A DNA stretch of 64,000 bases from Octopus bimaculoides (GCF_001194135.2 NC_068994.1:12776707-12840706), one strand, 5' to 3'. Counted from the first letter of the stretch, positions 50,286-63,952 are shown. Translations and numbers: made by a program. Notes: generated by a model not told the origin, from the letters alone.

Positions 50286-51509
50286 GTAAGTACATTCACA
50301 CATTTTCTTTTTTGGAGTCTGTCAATTTTTACTTTCATTTATTCCATTAAATAATTCATATTTGTGGTGTTTGTAATTTGTATGAAGAGTTTTCCAATTC
50401 TCATATGACACACAATATCTTGTTTTTTTGTTCTTATGTATTTTGTTCATTCTTTAGTTTCTATTGTTATTTATTATCATTAAGGCACTGAGCTGGCAGA
50501 ATTGTTAGCATGCTGGGTGAAAATGCTTAGTGGCATTTTGTTTGTCTCTACGTTCTGAGTTCAAATTCCATTGAGGTCGACTTAGCCTTTCATCCTTTCG
50601 GGTTTGATGAAATAAGTACCAGCTATGCACTGGGGTCGATATAATTGACTACCCCCCTCCCACCTCCCCTAAATTTCAAGCCTTATGCCTTTAGTAGAAA
50701 GGATTATGAAGGCAGCGAGCTGGCAGAATTGTTAGTGCACTGGGCAAACTGCTTAGCGGTATTTTGTCTGTTTTCCAGTTCTGAGTTCAAATTCCACCAA
50801 GGTTGACTTTGCCTTTCATCCTCTCAGGGGTTGATAAATTCAGTACCAGTGAAACACTGGGGTCGATGTAATCGACTAGTCCCATCCCCTAAAATTTCAG
50901 GCCTTGTGCCTTTAGTAGAAAGGATTATTAAGGTAGTGAGCTGGCAGAATACACACACACACACACACACAGACATTGACACGTGCGCACACTCATGCTC
51001 ATATGAGTGTTTTTTTGTGTTTGTCTCTCCACCACACTGCTTGAGAACAGGTATTGCTTTGTTTACATCTTCTAAACTTCAATGTTTCAGCAAAAGGGAT
51101 CAATAGAATAAGTACCAGACTTTTAAAAAATCCCCCAAAAAACAAGCCCTAGGGATCAACCCTGATAGGATGAAAGGTAAAGTTGACCTCTGTGGAATTT
51201 GAACTGAGAATGTGAAGATGGACAAAACGCCGCCAAGGATTTTGCCTGGCATACTAACAATTCTACTAGCCTTGACAACAACAACACCACCAACAACAAC
51301 AATAATAATCCTTTCTACCAAAGGCTCAAGGCCTGAAATTTTAGGGGAGGGAGCTAACAATTCTGCCAGCTCGTCATCTTGGGCAATAATAATAATAATA
51401 ATAATAATTATAATAATAATAATAATAATAATAGTAGTAATAATGATAAACCATATGTATTTGTTTATTGAGACATTTCTGTTCATCATTTATCTATTTT
51501 CTGTTGCAG

Positions 51510-51604
51510 GATAAATACTTACACACAAATTGTCTTGCTGCATTAGCCAATATGTCTTCTAACTTCAACAACTTACATCCTTATGTTGCTCAGCGAATTG
51601 TCAG
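51510..51604 (+). CDS. DYM: Dymeclin exon ([31 protein letters not shown])
   Basis: 95 nt, tgcag acceptor and gtaaga donor; invariant [16 protein letters not shown]. Confidence 0.97.
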
Positions 51605-52246
51605 GTAAGATTCTCTTTTGTTTTGTCTTACCACTGGTTTCAGTCATTTAACTGTGGCCATACTTGGACTCTTGTCACCGCCGACAGCAATAGTCTCCTA
51701 CTTGTTTTTTGGCACCATTGACTGGTTTCATGTGAGACAATTCTTCCACAAACCAGGGTGTCACGTGCATAGCAAAACACAATAAAGTACATAATATATA
51801 ATTTAATTATCTACTACTTATAATAATACTCTTGTGTTTTTCTCCGTCACAACATATGAATGAGAAAGGAAGAGGTGATAGATGAATATGGAAGGAAGGA
51901 AGGAAGGAAGGAAGAGGTGATGGCAAACTTGGTAATGGGATGATGGAAGCTCTAAGGTGAAAAAAAAAACAAAAATCAGACAGTGTTTCAACTCTGTATG
52001 AGTATATTTGTGCGTGTATGTAAACGCTCCCACAACCAGTTTACCATCACCCCTTCCTTCCTTCATTACCAGGACCAACAGGTACAACTTGCATCCTAAA
52101 TATATTGCTTGCCTGGCAACAGACAGGTGGTTCATGTCCTGTCAATTAACCTGTTGTTGGGTTTTATCGCAGATGATGTCTTACCAATGTCTTAAGTCAT
52201 TTTTATGTTGAATCTGTCAGAAGTGTCCTTCATTCGTATTTTTCAG

Positions 52247-52370
52247 TTTGTTTGCTCAACTGTGCAAGAAACACAGCAAATTGGTTGAACATATTCGAAG
52301 TGCTGCAGTGAATGGTTCTCTTGAAATGGAACAAGGAAATGGTGTTGACTCAGATTCAGATATAGATTAT
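52247..52370 (+). CDS. DYM: Dymeclin exon (LFAQLCKKHSKLVEHIRSAAVNGSLEMEQGNGVDSDSDIDY)
   Basis: 124 nt, tttcag acceptor and gtaagt donor; resembles DYM SLF..L.KKH.K....DY. Confidence 0.93.
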
Positions 52371-52668
52371 GTAAGTATTAGCTGACCATTTGCATCTTTA
52401 TGTTCTGAGTTCTAATTCCACTAAGGTCAACTTTGCCTTTCATCATATTGAGGTTGATAAAGTAAGTACCAGTTGAGCATTGGGGTTGAGGTAATCCACT
52501 TACCCGCTGCCTTGAAATTGCTGGCCTTGTGCCAAAATTTGAAACCAATATTATAAACCTATATCATCTAAAGAAAATGTGTTAAAACAATAAGGATGAT
52601 TACAGTAGTAATTTTAGACATGCTTTTATATATATATTTTTTTTTTCTTTTTATTTATATAATTTCAG

Positions 52669-52851
52669 GTACAAGACTTAGCAGTTCTTGAAGAAGTGAT
52701 TCGAATGGTGTTGGAAATAATCAATTCCTGTCTAACAAATGGAATCTTACATAATCCAAACTTGGTCTACTCTCTTTTGTATCAGAAAGATCAGTTTGGG
52801 ATGTTTCGAACGCATCCGACTTTCCAAGATATTATTCAAAATATTGATACT
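52669..52851 (+). CDS. DYM: Dymeclin exon ([24 protein letters not shown]...[15 protein letters not shown])
   Basis: 183 nt, ttcag acceptor and gtaagt donor; conserved [18 protein letters not shown] and HP.FQDI.QNID. Confidence 0.97.
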
Positions 52852-54435
52852 GTAAGTAAATAGGGTTGCCTATGTTTCACTTCTTAAATCATTTAGCATT
52901 TAAACCAGCCATATCCGGCCTAAATATCCTACTCGTTTTATGTTTTAACCAGCCAGATCCATTCTCTCATGCCTACCCTGCAATGTCATTCTAAAAATAA
53001 TACAGTGTAACAAAATTTCCATGGTTGTGTGGTTAAAAAGCTTGCTTCCCAAGCATGTGGCCTTGGATTCAGTTTCACTGCATGGGTACCTTGAGCAAGT
53101 GTCTTCTACTCTAGCTGCAGCCCAACCAAACACTTGTAAGTGGATTTTGGTTGACAGAAACTGAAAGAAGCCAGTCATACGTGATATATAAATATATCAT
53201 CATCATTTAACATCCGTTGTCCATGTTGGCATGGGTTGGACTGTTTGACTGGAATGGCAAGCTGGAAGGCTGTACCAGACTCTAGTCTGATCTGGCATAG
53301 TTTCTATGGCTGGATGCCTTTCCTAATGCCAACCACTCCGAGAGTGTAATGGGTGCTTTTACGTGCCACCAGCACAGGTGCCATTTGTGTGACACCAGTA
53401 TCTGCCACGACTATAATTTTACTTGGCTCAATGGGTCTTCTCAAGCATGACATAATGCAAAGGTCTCAGTCATTGTTGGACTCTTACCCTGATGAAGGAG
53501 GCTCTGGATTTTATTAATGTTTATTTGCTTCCTTTACTGGCTGCAAATTTTTATGAACTACATCTGCCAACATTATGAAGTCACTTCAAGTGCTCAGAAA
53601 CAACTGTTGGATTTCTAACACCTTCTCTCCTCTAATTTTTGAGTTTCTGTAATCTGAGTAAGTCTGCTCTATCAAAAAATATATATATTTATATTTGATT
53701 TTTTATCATCTGAAAATTTCAAGTCTGCCTTCTCTTTTTACATGTATACATGTATATATATTTTGTACATTAAAACCTAACGTTTTATCTGTTTATCTGA
53801 ATCATTATCTCCCTATCTGCTCACTAGGATTCTCCTTATAGCCACTCTTTATTCTGTTGACTTGGTCCTCAGTAAAGATATCGGAGTGTAAGTTCAAATC
53901 ATTTGAGCGCTTCTAAGTGTGTTCTGTATTAAGATTCTCTCAATCTCATCTGTTGATTCTGTATATACATATATGTACATACATATATGTTTGTGTGTGT
54001 GTGTGTGAAGTTGGCCTTAGGAAGGGCATCCAGCTGTAGAAACTGTGCCAAAGCTGGTATTGAAGCACAGCATAGCCCTGTGGCTTGCTGTATCCTGCAG
54101 ACCATCCCACCTATGCCAGCATGGAAAACAGACATTAAATGATGATTATGTGTTTGTGTATGTCTCCTTGTGTAGACGTTGTGTGACGGATGTAAATGAA
54201 AATCATTGCACAGGTGAGGTAGTTTATAACCAGTCTTCTGTGGAAAGCATGTCTAGCTATGTGAAAAAATATTGCCTTGTTTGGAAACAGGTGAAGATTG
54301 GAAGCATATGGAGCATCTTACTATAGAAAATCTCTTTCAACAATTTCTATCTGACTCATGAGAGAATTGAGGAATGGACGTTAAAACAATGCTGATGAAA
54401 TTCTTGAAATTTTTTATTTAATTTTTCTCTTTCAG

Positions 54436-54549
54436 GTTTTAGCCTATTTTTCTTCCAAACTAGAACAAAATGGACAGAATCTTTCTCCAAATGAAGTTTT
54501 AACAACCATTAAGGAAGGGTCTTTACAGTTTCGTAAAGATCGATTAAGA
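54436..54549 (+). CDS. DYM: Dymeclin exon (VLAYFSSKLEQNGQNLSPNEVLTTIKEGSLQFRKDRLR)
   Basis: 114 nt, ttcag acceptor and gtgagt donor; resembles DYM VISFFSSRL...LS...VLEIIKQG....KDRLK. Confidence 0.95.
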
Positions 54550-55635
54550 GTGAGTTAATTTTGTTTGTTTGTTGGGGGTTTTTTTGTATACTTTGTGGTG
54601 GGTTTTGAAAAAAAAATATATTTCTGTTTGAACTGTTTTTATATTTTTCTGCATTTTCTAAAATACTTTCATTGACTGCTAAGCATATAGTAATAATTAG
54701 ATTTTTATCTGTCATGTAACAACTGAGGAAATATAATCTGCCATTATGGGTAATATCAGAAAATATGGCATACATACAATAATTATTTATTTAACTTTTA
54801 TCAAATTTCTTGGTACTTACAGGTGTCCATAAATTACCTTTATAATTTGAATAATTTCAAAAAAAAAAAAAATGAAAACTAAGGTTTACTCAGCAGAGTA
54901 TTCCCAACCACATGGTTCTGGGTTCAGTCCCACTGTGTGGCTCCTTGGGCAAGTGTCATCTACTTAGGTTCAGCCTTGTGAGTGGATTTGGTAGACAGAA
55001 ACTGAAGGAAGCCTGTTGTATATATGTGCGTGTGTGTGTGTGTCTGTGTCATTATGCCTGTGTTTATCTCCCCTGCCCACTGCTAGATAACTGATGTTCA
55101 TGTGTTTACATTCCCATAACTTAGTGGTTCAGCAGACTGACATAATAAGTACTGGGTTTAAAAAAAAAAAGTATTGGGGTCGATTCATTCAACTAAAAGT
55201 TCTTTAAAGCAGTGCCCCAGCATGACCACAGTCTAATGACTGAAACAAGTAAAAGATAAAAGAATCAAGTAAAGTTTTATTAGAGACACCAGAACAGCAA
55301 ATAGAGACTCAGACATTGCTTAGAAAATATTTTTCATTTTTAACCTCGTATATAGTACCCATGAGGAATTTTGACCTTTAAATTTTGGGGAAAAAATGCG
55401 GATTATACTCGAGGATTTACGGTATATATTTATGTGTGTGTGTGTGTCTTTGTGATTGTGTTTGTCTCCCCCCCNNNNNNNNNNNNNNNNNNNNNNNNNN
55501 NNNNNNNNNNNNNNNNNNNNNNNNNNNNNNNNNNNNNNNNNNNNNNNNNNNNNNNNNNNNNNNNNNNNNNNNNNNNNNNNNNNNNNNNNNNNNNNNNNNN
55601 NNNNNNNNNNNNNNNNNNNNNNNNNNNNNNNNNNN

Positions 55636-55941
55636 TGCTCGTGAAATTAACGTGCAAGTGGCTGAGCACTCCACAGACACGTGTACCCATAACGTAGTTC
55701 TCGGGGATATACAGTGTGACAAGGCTGACCCTTTGAATTACAGACACAACAGAAACAGGAAGTAAGAGTGAGAGAAAGTTGTGGTGAAAGAGTACAGCAG
55801 GGTTCGCCAGCATCTCCTGCCGGAGCCTTGTGGAGCTTTAGGTGTTTTCGCTCAAACACTCACAACGTCTGATCTGGGAATCGAAACCGCGATCCTATGA
55901 CCGCAAGTCCGCTGCCCTAACCACTGGGCCATTGCGCCTCC
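55636..55941 (-). mobile_element. tRNA(Arg)-like SINE in the last DYM intron
   Basis: Reverse complement of the 6715 element. Confidence 0.88.
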
Positions 55942-56150
55942 ATGCTCTAGCATGACTGCAGTCAAATGACTGAAACAAGCGTGCATAGCTTTCTTTTTCC
56001 CATTGCATGCCACCAAGCCTAGTATGTGCACTCCTTCTACACTTTGTTAACTCTCTCTGTATCTTCTCTCGCACTTCTTTCAACCAACCAACCAACCAGC
56101 CAACATGTCAACTGGCATTATATAGACATTGTAATATTTTTTTTTTGCAG

Positions 56151-56297
56151 AAATTTCCCGAGCTGCGTTTTAAGTATGTCGAAGAAGAATCTCCAGAAGA
56201 ATTTTTCATCCCTTACATGTGGTCATTGGTCTTTCACTCATCACACTTGTATTTCAACCCAGCTCGAATCGTACTCTTCTCCCTGGCTGTTTCCTGA
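56151..56297 (+). CDS. DYM: Dymeclin last coding exon ([48 protein letters not shown])
   Basis: tgcag acceptor and TGA at 56295-56297; conserved [24 protein letters not shown]. Confidence 0.97.
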   Translation, partial: KFPELRFKYVEEESPEEFFIPYMWSLVFHSSHLYFNPARIVLFSLAVS

Positions 56298-57806
56298 GAT
56301 TTACTTTCTACTGGTGGCAGTGAGGCTGACGCTGGTGGGGCAAACGTGCCTCAAAGGACTCCTAATACTTGTAGCTATGGCAACAGAACTGAAATATGGA
56401 TGACGAAAACCAGAAACGTCTTNNNNNNNNNNNNNNNNNNNNNNNNNNNNNNNNNNNNNNNNNNNNNNNNNNNNNNNNNNNNNNNNNNNNNNNNNNNNNN
56501 NNNNNNNNNNNNNNNNNNNNNNNNNNNNNNNNNNNNNNNNNNNNNNNNNNNNNNNNNNNNNNNNNNNNNNNNNNNNNNNNNNNNNNNNNNNNNNNNNNNN
56601 NNNNNNNNNNNNNNNNNNNNNNNNNNNNNNNNNNNNNNNNNNNNNNNNNNNNNNNNNNNNNNNNNNNNNNNNNNNNNNNNNNNNNNNNNNNNNNNNNNNN
56701 NNNNNNNNNNNNNNNNNNNNNNNNNNNNNNNNNNNNNNNNNNNNNNNNNNNNNNNNNNNNNNNNNNNNNNNNNNNNNNNNNNNNNNNNNNNNNNNNNNNN
56801 NNNNNNNNNNNNNNNNNNNNNNNNNNNNNNNNNNNNNNNNNNNNNNNNNNNNNNNNNNNNNNNNNNNNNNNNNNNNNNNNNNNNNNNNNNNNNNNNNNNN
56901 NNNNNNNNNNNNNNNNNNNNNNNNNNNNNNNNNNNNNNNNNNNNNNNNNNNNNNNNNNNNNNNNNNNNNNNNNNNNNNNNNNNNNNNNNNNNNNNNNNNN
57001 NNNNNNNNNNNNNNNNNNNNNNNNNNNNNNNNNNNNNNNNNNNNNNNNNNNNNNNNNNNNNNNNNNNNNNNNNNNNNNNNNNNNNNNNNNNNNNNNNNNN
57101 NNNNNNNNNNNNNNNNNNNNNNNNNNNNNNNNNNNNNNNNNNNNNNNNNNNNNNNNNNNNNNNNNNNNNNNNNNNNNNNNNNNNNNNNNNNNNNNNNNNN
57201 NNNNNNNNNNNNNNNNNNNNNNNNNNNNNNNNNNNNNNNNNNNNNNNNNNNNNNNNNNNNNNNNNNNNNNNNNNNNATATATATATGTGTGTGTGTGTGT
57301 GTGTGTATCAGTGTGTATGTATATATGTATATGTCAACGTGTATGTGTGTGTATATATGTGAATGTATATGCGTGTATATACATAGGTGTATTATAGAAA
57401 GTTTCCTTAATGAAGAATTTAGCAAACAAAAAACAAACAAAACAAAAAACAAAAATTATAAAAATTACAAAAAGACAACAAAAAAACTGGGTTGAAAAAA
57501 AAAATTTGTTTTATTTTTTAATCTTCAAACTCAGTGTGTTGCTGACTATTGGTTTCCTATTTATTAGATAATAATAATTTTTTTTTGTCACTAATTAACA
57601 CTTGTTCATATAAACCTCATTATCAATATATTATCTGCTTTAGAGGGGAATTTTTTTTTTTTTTTTTTGGCAGTAACTAATTAATTAAAGAAGTGACTTC
57701 TCACTTCTCTTTTAAACGAAGGTCAAATTAATATGTTAATTTAGGTATTTTGTCAGAAACTGGACATTGTACTTTAGATTGAAATTTAAAAAAAAAAATT
57801 AAATAG

Positions 57807-57936
57807 AATAAACGTTTTTGAATTTAATCTAGCAAGCACAATATTTAATTAAAATCACACACTCCCTAATTAGATCACCCTCCACCTAGTAATAGATCTC
57901 TCCACCTCTGAAATAAAATCCACTAATGTTAATAAA
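57807..57936 (+). terminator. Candidate DYM polyadenylation signals (AATAAA at 57807, 57912, 57931; another at 59044)
   Basis: AATAAA hexamers in the AT-rich region after the stop codon. The sequence is so AT-rich that chance occurrence is likely. Confidence 0.25.
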
Positions 57937-60900
57937 ATGCATGGATATTTTTTCCCTTGTATACATTTAATTAATTGTATCTGTAATGGTAATGTTAATT
58001 TTTCTACATTGTAATTCATTTAGGAGAGAAACATATGCAGTTTTTACTTATAATTTTCCTTTCTAAATATCTATTTGTTTTGGGGTTTTTGTATGGCTAA
58101 ACTCAATCTTGGAATTAATTGAACTTTTACCTTTCAAACTTTATATTTTGTTATGAAAAGCAAAATATTATTATTTAATTTGAAACTGAAAAGTGAAACA
58201 GACCCATTGAACTGCTCCTGCAGTTTTTGTTTTTCTGTCTTAAACTGACACCGGTAATATTTAACTAAATAACACTTCTTAACTCTTTAGCATTTAGATT
58301 ACTCTGTCAAACATAATGCATATTTATTCACATTGTTTTGAATTAACCACACATTATCTCGTAGCTTCAAGATTTCAATGGTGTGATTACTTAGTTTTAT
58401 AACGAGATTGTAGGATAGGTGTGAGAGGCAGGATCTGGCCAGTTTCAACATAAATCAGATATAATATTTGGATTTGATATGGCTAGTTTAAATTCTAAAA
58501 GGTTAATTGAAAAATCTTTACAGTTAATATTGACTGAAAGAAATTTAATTAATTTAATTTTCATTTCATTGATTTTGTTTTTTAAGAAAAAAATCTGACC
58601 AAATTAATGAAAGAATTCTTTAGCTTTTAAACTGACCATATCCAGCTCAAATATTGAACCTGTTTTATGTTCAAACCTGTTGAGTTTGGCCTATCACACC
58701 TATCCTACAATGTCATTCTGAAAATAAACAATCACATTATTGAAGTCTCAAAGCTATGCTATGATGCATAATAAATTCAAAGCAATTTAAATGAATAAGT
58801 AATACGTTTGACTGACAGAGGGTATATGGTAAATGTATACCCTCTTCAAATAGTTACAAGAAACTGCAGAAGAATTTTCACTGAGAATTTACTGGGAGAC
58901 TGTGTTTTTTTTCTTTCTTCTTTTACCCAAAGAAATATTTTACTTTTTGTTTATTTCTTGTAGTTGTTAACATTTGTTGGTTATATTCTTTGAGTTTGAA
59001 ACAGATACATCTCATAGATGAAACATAACCATTTACATTCCCCAATAAATTCAGATTTCATATGCTTTGATTAAAATTATTTCAGCTGTTTCCAGCAATG
59101 GTTAAACTGTTTGTGCTGTTGTTATTATTGTTATTTTTTTTTTTTGTTTTTACTAACCAAGATTTATTTTTCATTTGAATATGAATTTTCTTTTATCGGA
59201 TTAAAACATTGTTTTTAATTAATAGAACACTGTTTTTCAAATATTTATATTGCCATTTTTTCCCTTCTTATTTCTTTGTTGCTTACAAGGGGCTAAACAT
59301 GGAGGGGACAAACAAGGACAGACAATGGGATTAAGTCGATTACATCGACCCCAGTGCATAACTGGTACTTAATTTATCGACCCCAAAAGGATGAAAGGCA
59401 AAATTGGCCTCAGCGGAATTTGAACTCAGAAAGTAACGGCAGCCGAAATACCGCTAAGCATTTCGACCGGCGTGCTAATGTTTCTGCCAGCATGCCGCTT
59501 TATAATCCCTTCTAATAATCAACACAGGTGTAGCTGTGTGGTTGAGAACCTTGCTCCATCATATATATATATATATGTATTAGTGTGTCTGTGCTTGTCC
59601 CCCTCCATCGCTTGATAACCGATGTTGGTGTGATTATGTCCCCATTAATTAGCAGTTCAGCAAAAGAGACCGATAGAATAAGTACTAGGCTTACAAAGAA
59701 TAAGTCCTGGGGTCACCACACTGACTACTTTATACAGTCCTTCTTCCCCATGACATTTATCCCTCTGGAATCCTCTCCCTATTTTTAGCCTTCTGGCCTA
59801 CCTTACCCATCTTTATTCTACAGCCATCAACTTGTAGTTTTTCTTCAAGAGCTTCAACTGCATCAGCATCACCCATGTTGCAGGACCTGGTAACGCCATC
59901 GACAATGGACCCTCTTCCAAATTAAACCATTAAAAAATACTAAAAAAAAAAAACCAATACATTGCTCAGTTTGGCCAAAATTTACAGCAATGAATACCGA
60001 ATGAATTTTGATAGAGATGAGATTTTGGATGCCTGTAGAAAGGACTGCTCTTGTTCTTCTCCTTGTGTTACTTAAGTCCTTCACTCCCTATGAAGCATAG
60101 GCCATCAACAATCTCAGTTGCTATGGAGCATAAGTCATCTCCACTGTTCTAGTCTCTGAGCTGTCTTTTCCCTTGCTCTGGTCTTATTGGTTTTGAATTA
60201 TCTTTGATACTTCTGTAACTTTGATATTTTTCTTGGTAGAAGCCTTTCTTCCAGTCCTTACTCCTTTCCAGATTCTTCCATGAACTGTTGCTAGACCATA
60301 ATTACTTATTTACTTAAGTCCTTTGCTCCCCATGGAACATTGGCCACCAATGACTTTTCTCCTCTGTTCTAAACTCTACATTGACTTTTCTGCTTCTCTC
60401 CATTTGGATCCCTGCTTTTTCAGTATTGCCCCAGTATCTACTTCCAGTTATTTTCAGGGCATCCTCCCTTCTGCCTCCATTAGGGGCTCCAGATCCTATG
60501 TTTCCTTGAGGGAAGACCTTTCTCTCCCAGACCTTATTGGTTTTCAATTGTCATTGCTGCTTCTCTAACATTTGTTTATTTCTAGGTAGGGATTTCATCT
60601 CAAACCCAATTTTATGTGAAGAACTGGTCCATATTAGTTTGGCTTCTATCCTTTGATCTGCCTTGTCAGGAACTTGTGCTCCACTGGCATAGCTCTTAAG
60701 GTCATTGAGGCACAGAAACCACTATACTACATCAAGGACTTGACCTTCAGGTGGCTGCTGTTGTGTGCTACACTTGACCGTTTCTGTTCGACACCACTAC
60801 CATGTTCATACCTTTAACATTCACACTAGCTCAATGGTTTGTGAATGGCTTTATTCTTTCCTCTAAAATGATGAAAAAACAAAACAAAACACTACTACAA

Positions 60901-61369
60901 CCACCATCCATTAGAGATCAATGTAATATGGATTTCAAATTTTGGCACAAGGCCAGCAAGCTCAAGGGAGAGGAAAGGTTGATTACTTCAACCCCAATGC
61001 TCAACTGGTATTTATTTTATTGACTCAAAAAGGATGAAAGGCAAAGTCAACCTCAGTGGAATTTGAACTCAGAATGTAAAGACAGACAAAACATTCCTAA
61101 GCTTGGTTGCCTTAATATCATTATTAATAATAATAATAATAATCATAATCATCAACCCCGATGCTCAACTGGTCTTCTTTTTATTGACCCTGAAAGGATG
61201 AAAGGTAACATCAACGTCAGAGGAATTTGAACTCAGAATGTGAAAAGAGATGAATTGCTGCTAAGCATTTTGCCAGGTGTGGAGGCGCGTGGCTTAGTGG
61301 TTAGGGTGTCAGCATCATGATTGTAAGATTGTGGTTTCGATTCCTGGACCGGGCGACAACACAATGGAA

Positions 61370-61503
61370 CACATTGACACTGGCTTACACCTAATGTCCG
61401 ATCCCCATATACTGCATTAATATTCCTTGCACTTTCCATTGTGTTGTTGCCTTTATTGAACTCATAAAGCAAACTGCCGAATATGCTCCTTTGACACTTC
61501 CAT
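61370..61503 (-). mobile_element. Mariner transposase 5' relic
   Basis: MEVSKEHIRQ / YEFNKGNNTMESARNINAVYGDRTLGVSQCQ; truncated at a SINE head (61281-61356, plus strand). Confidence 0.8.
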
Positions 61504-61949
61504 TATAGCTTTGAAAAAATAACTGTTAAAATCGAACTGCACTCTTCAAAACTTGCACTAAGAATAAGTACACGGTAAAATTGCTACCTGCTTTTATAGC
61601 AAGTTGATGCAGGTAGTTTATCCCGTCCCCCTCCAACTTTTAGTTCATTCAGTTGAAAAAAAACACATTATTTATGAGATGACTCAATACTTAACTCTTT
61701 AGCATTCAGATCACTTTGTCAAATCTAATGCTTATTTATTCACATCATTTTCAATTAATCATTGCATCATCTTGTAGCTTTGAGATTTCAATGATGTGAT
61801 TGTTTATTTTTAAATTGACATCATAGTGTTGGTGTGAGAGGCCAGATCTCGCTGATTTGGTTTGCATATAGAACAAGTGGAATATTTTGACTGGATATGG
61901 CTGGTAAATATATATATATATATATATAACACAAGAGAAATATCTTGAA

Positions 61950-62100
61950 AGAGTAAATTTATTCAATAGAGTCACTATTGGCTTCAACCATGGCCTCCAG
62001 ACAACTTTGGAATCTCCTGTAATTCTTCCAGAAGGTCTCCTTGTTTAAGTTGGTGAATACTGTCATAATCCTTGCCTGATGATGTGGGTGATTCTGTTAA
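61950..62100 (-). mobile_element. Tc1/mariner-type transposase C-terminal relic
   Basis: ARIMTVFTNLNKETFWKNYRRFQSCLEAMVEANSDSIE* resembles F..RLEA.VEA.G..IE*. Confidence 0.6.
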
Positions 62101-62504
62101 CAAATTTATTGAAAACTTTAGTGTCTGTTTGTATAATATCTGTGGCTCTTGTCTCTCTATCTGACCTCCCCACTTTGATGAGAGTGATTGATTTTATTCT
62201 CTATTTCTGGTGGGTGGATGTCTCTATTAGGTGAAATTTTCCATTGTTTGTTCATTGACTGTTTAAATGATTTCACACCTTTGTCCTATGTCTCATAAGG
62301 ACTTTCATTTCCCTGGAATTTTATTGTTGCACATGATGACCTTTCCTTCTGGAACATATCAAAAGCATCATATAGCTTGCATTGTTCACAGAAATTGTTG
62401 AAGTTTCATAACATTGTGTCTTGTTCAAAGAGATTTTGTTGCCAGCCAGTCCTATTTGAGGATCTCTTTTTGAATCAGTTTCAACCAGCTTTGTGAAAGT
62501 TTAT

Positions 62505-63185
62505 GCTATGTAGAGCTATATACATATACATGCATGCATACATACATACATACACACACAAACATACACACATGTATACATACATGCATGCAAACGTACT
62601 TACATACATATGTACGTATGTACATACATACATGCATACATACATATATATACATGCATGCATACATACAGACGTACATACATATATACATACACATATA
62701 TGCATGCTTACATATATTCATACATGCATATGCATACATACATATATATATACATGTATGCATACACACATACATGCATACATACATACATACATACATA
62801 CATACATACATACTCCTATATGCATGCTTACATATATTCACAGATACATGCATCTGCATACATTCACACACATACATGCATATATACATGTATGCATGCA
62901 TACATACATACCTACATACATACGTATGGAAAGGGAGAGGCATACATACATATATATACATGCATATATATACATACATATATATACATGCATGAATATA
63001 TACATGCATGCATACATACATACCTACATACATACGTATGGAAAGGGAGAGGCATACATACATATATATACATGCATGAATAGATGCATACATACAGACA
63101 TACATACACATACATACACATACATCCATGCTTACATATATTAATACATACATACATATGCAGGCATAGATTCATACATATATCA
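62505..63185. repeat. Complex (CATA)n/(CATG) satellite with ~115-120-bp internal duplications
   Basis: cgtatggaaagggagaggcatac occurs twice and tgcatgcttacatatatt about three times. Confidence 0.9.
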
Positions 63186-63889
63186 TTGTCATCTTCTTTA
63201 TTGTCATCACTCTCTCTCTCTTCTCTTTCTCTTCTCTCTTTCTGTATACGTGTGTGTGTATGTATGTATGTATGTGTGTATGCACGCATGCATGTATTCC
63301 TTTGAGAATAATATAAAAAAACACAGACTAGAAAGGAAACAGTGAAATATACGTCGTTAATTGTAATGGAACAGTTGAATAATAACATCAATGCCGCTTA
63401 AGGAAGGGCTTTTCTAATCAACCTTCTAATTGCTTCATAATATAGATGACAAAAGGTAAATGTAAAATATAGATGACAAAACAATAAAGGTAAAAGAGAT
63501 AGCGTATAGAAATGAAGCAAATTGATTGTTTAATGTTTTAATGTCAGGTGTTAATGGGCTGTTTAGAGCTGACCATGAGAAAAATAAAAAACGAAATGAG
63601 AGAACAAAAGGAAAAGAAAATTGGTAAAACAAAATCCAGAGCAGTAAGAATATGGTCAATAAGGGGGAAAAAAAATCTTTAAAATATATGAGACTGAAGA
63701 CAATAACGTATAAGTATGGGAGTGTCTTCCCATTGTACTTCGGTGATAAGATAACAATGGCGTTTTCTGCTATCAAGATTGTCCTTCATTTCCAAGATGT
63801 CAACATATTTATTTCCCATTTAAAACGTTTTTTTTTTTGGTAGTTTATATATGTATGTGTGTTTGTGTGTATGTGTGTGTTTATGTTTT

Positions 63890-63952
<63 letters not shown>

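Noticed and set aside
62481-63391. His/Thr/Tyr/Ile- and Met/Tyr/Val/Cys-rich ORFs (also 8086-8709, 26238-26613, 49887-50338)
   Set aside because: Translations of (CATA)n, (TA)n or minisatellite repeats that lack stops; no protein-family signal.
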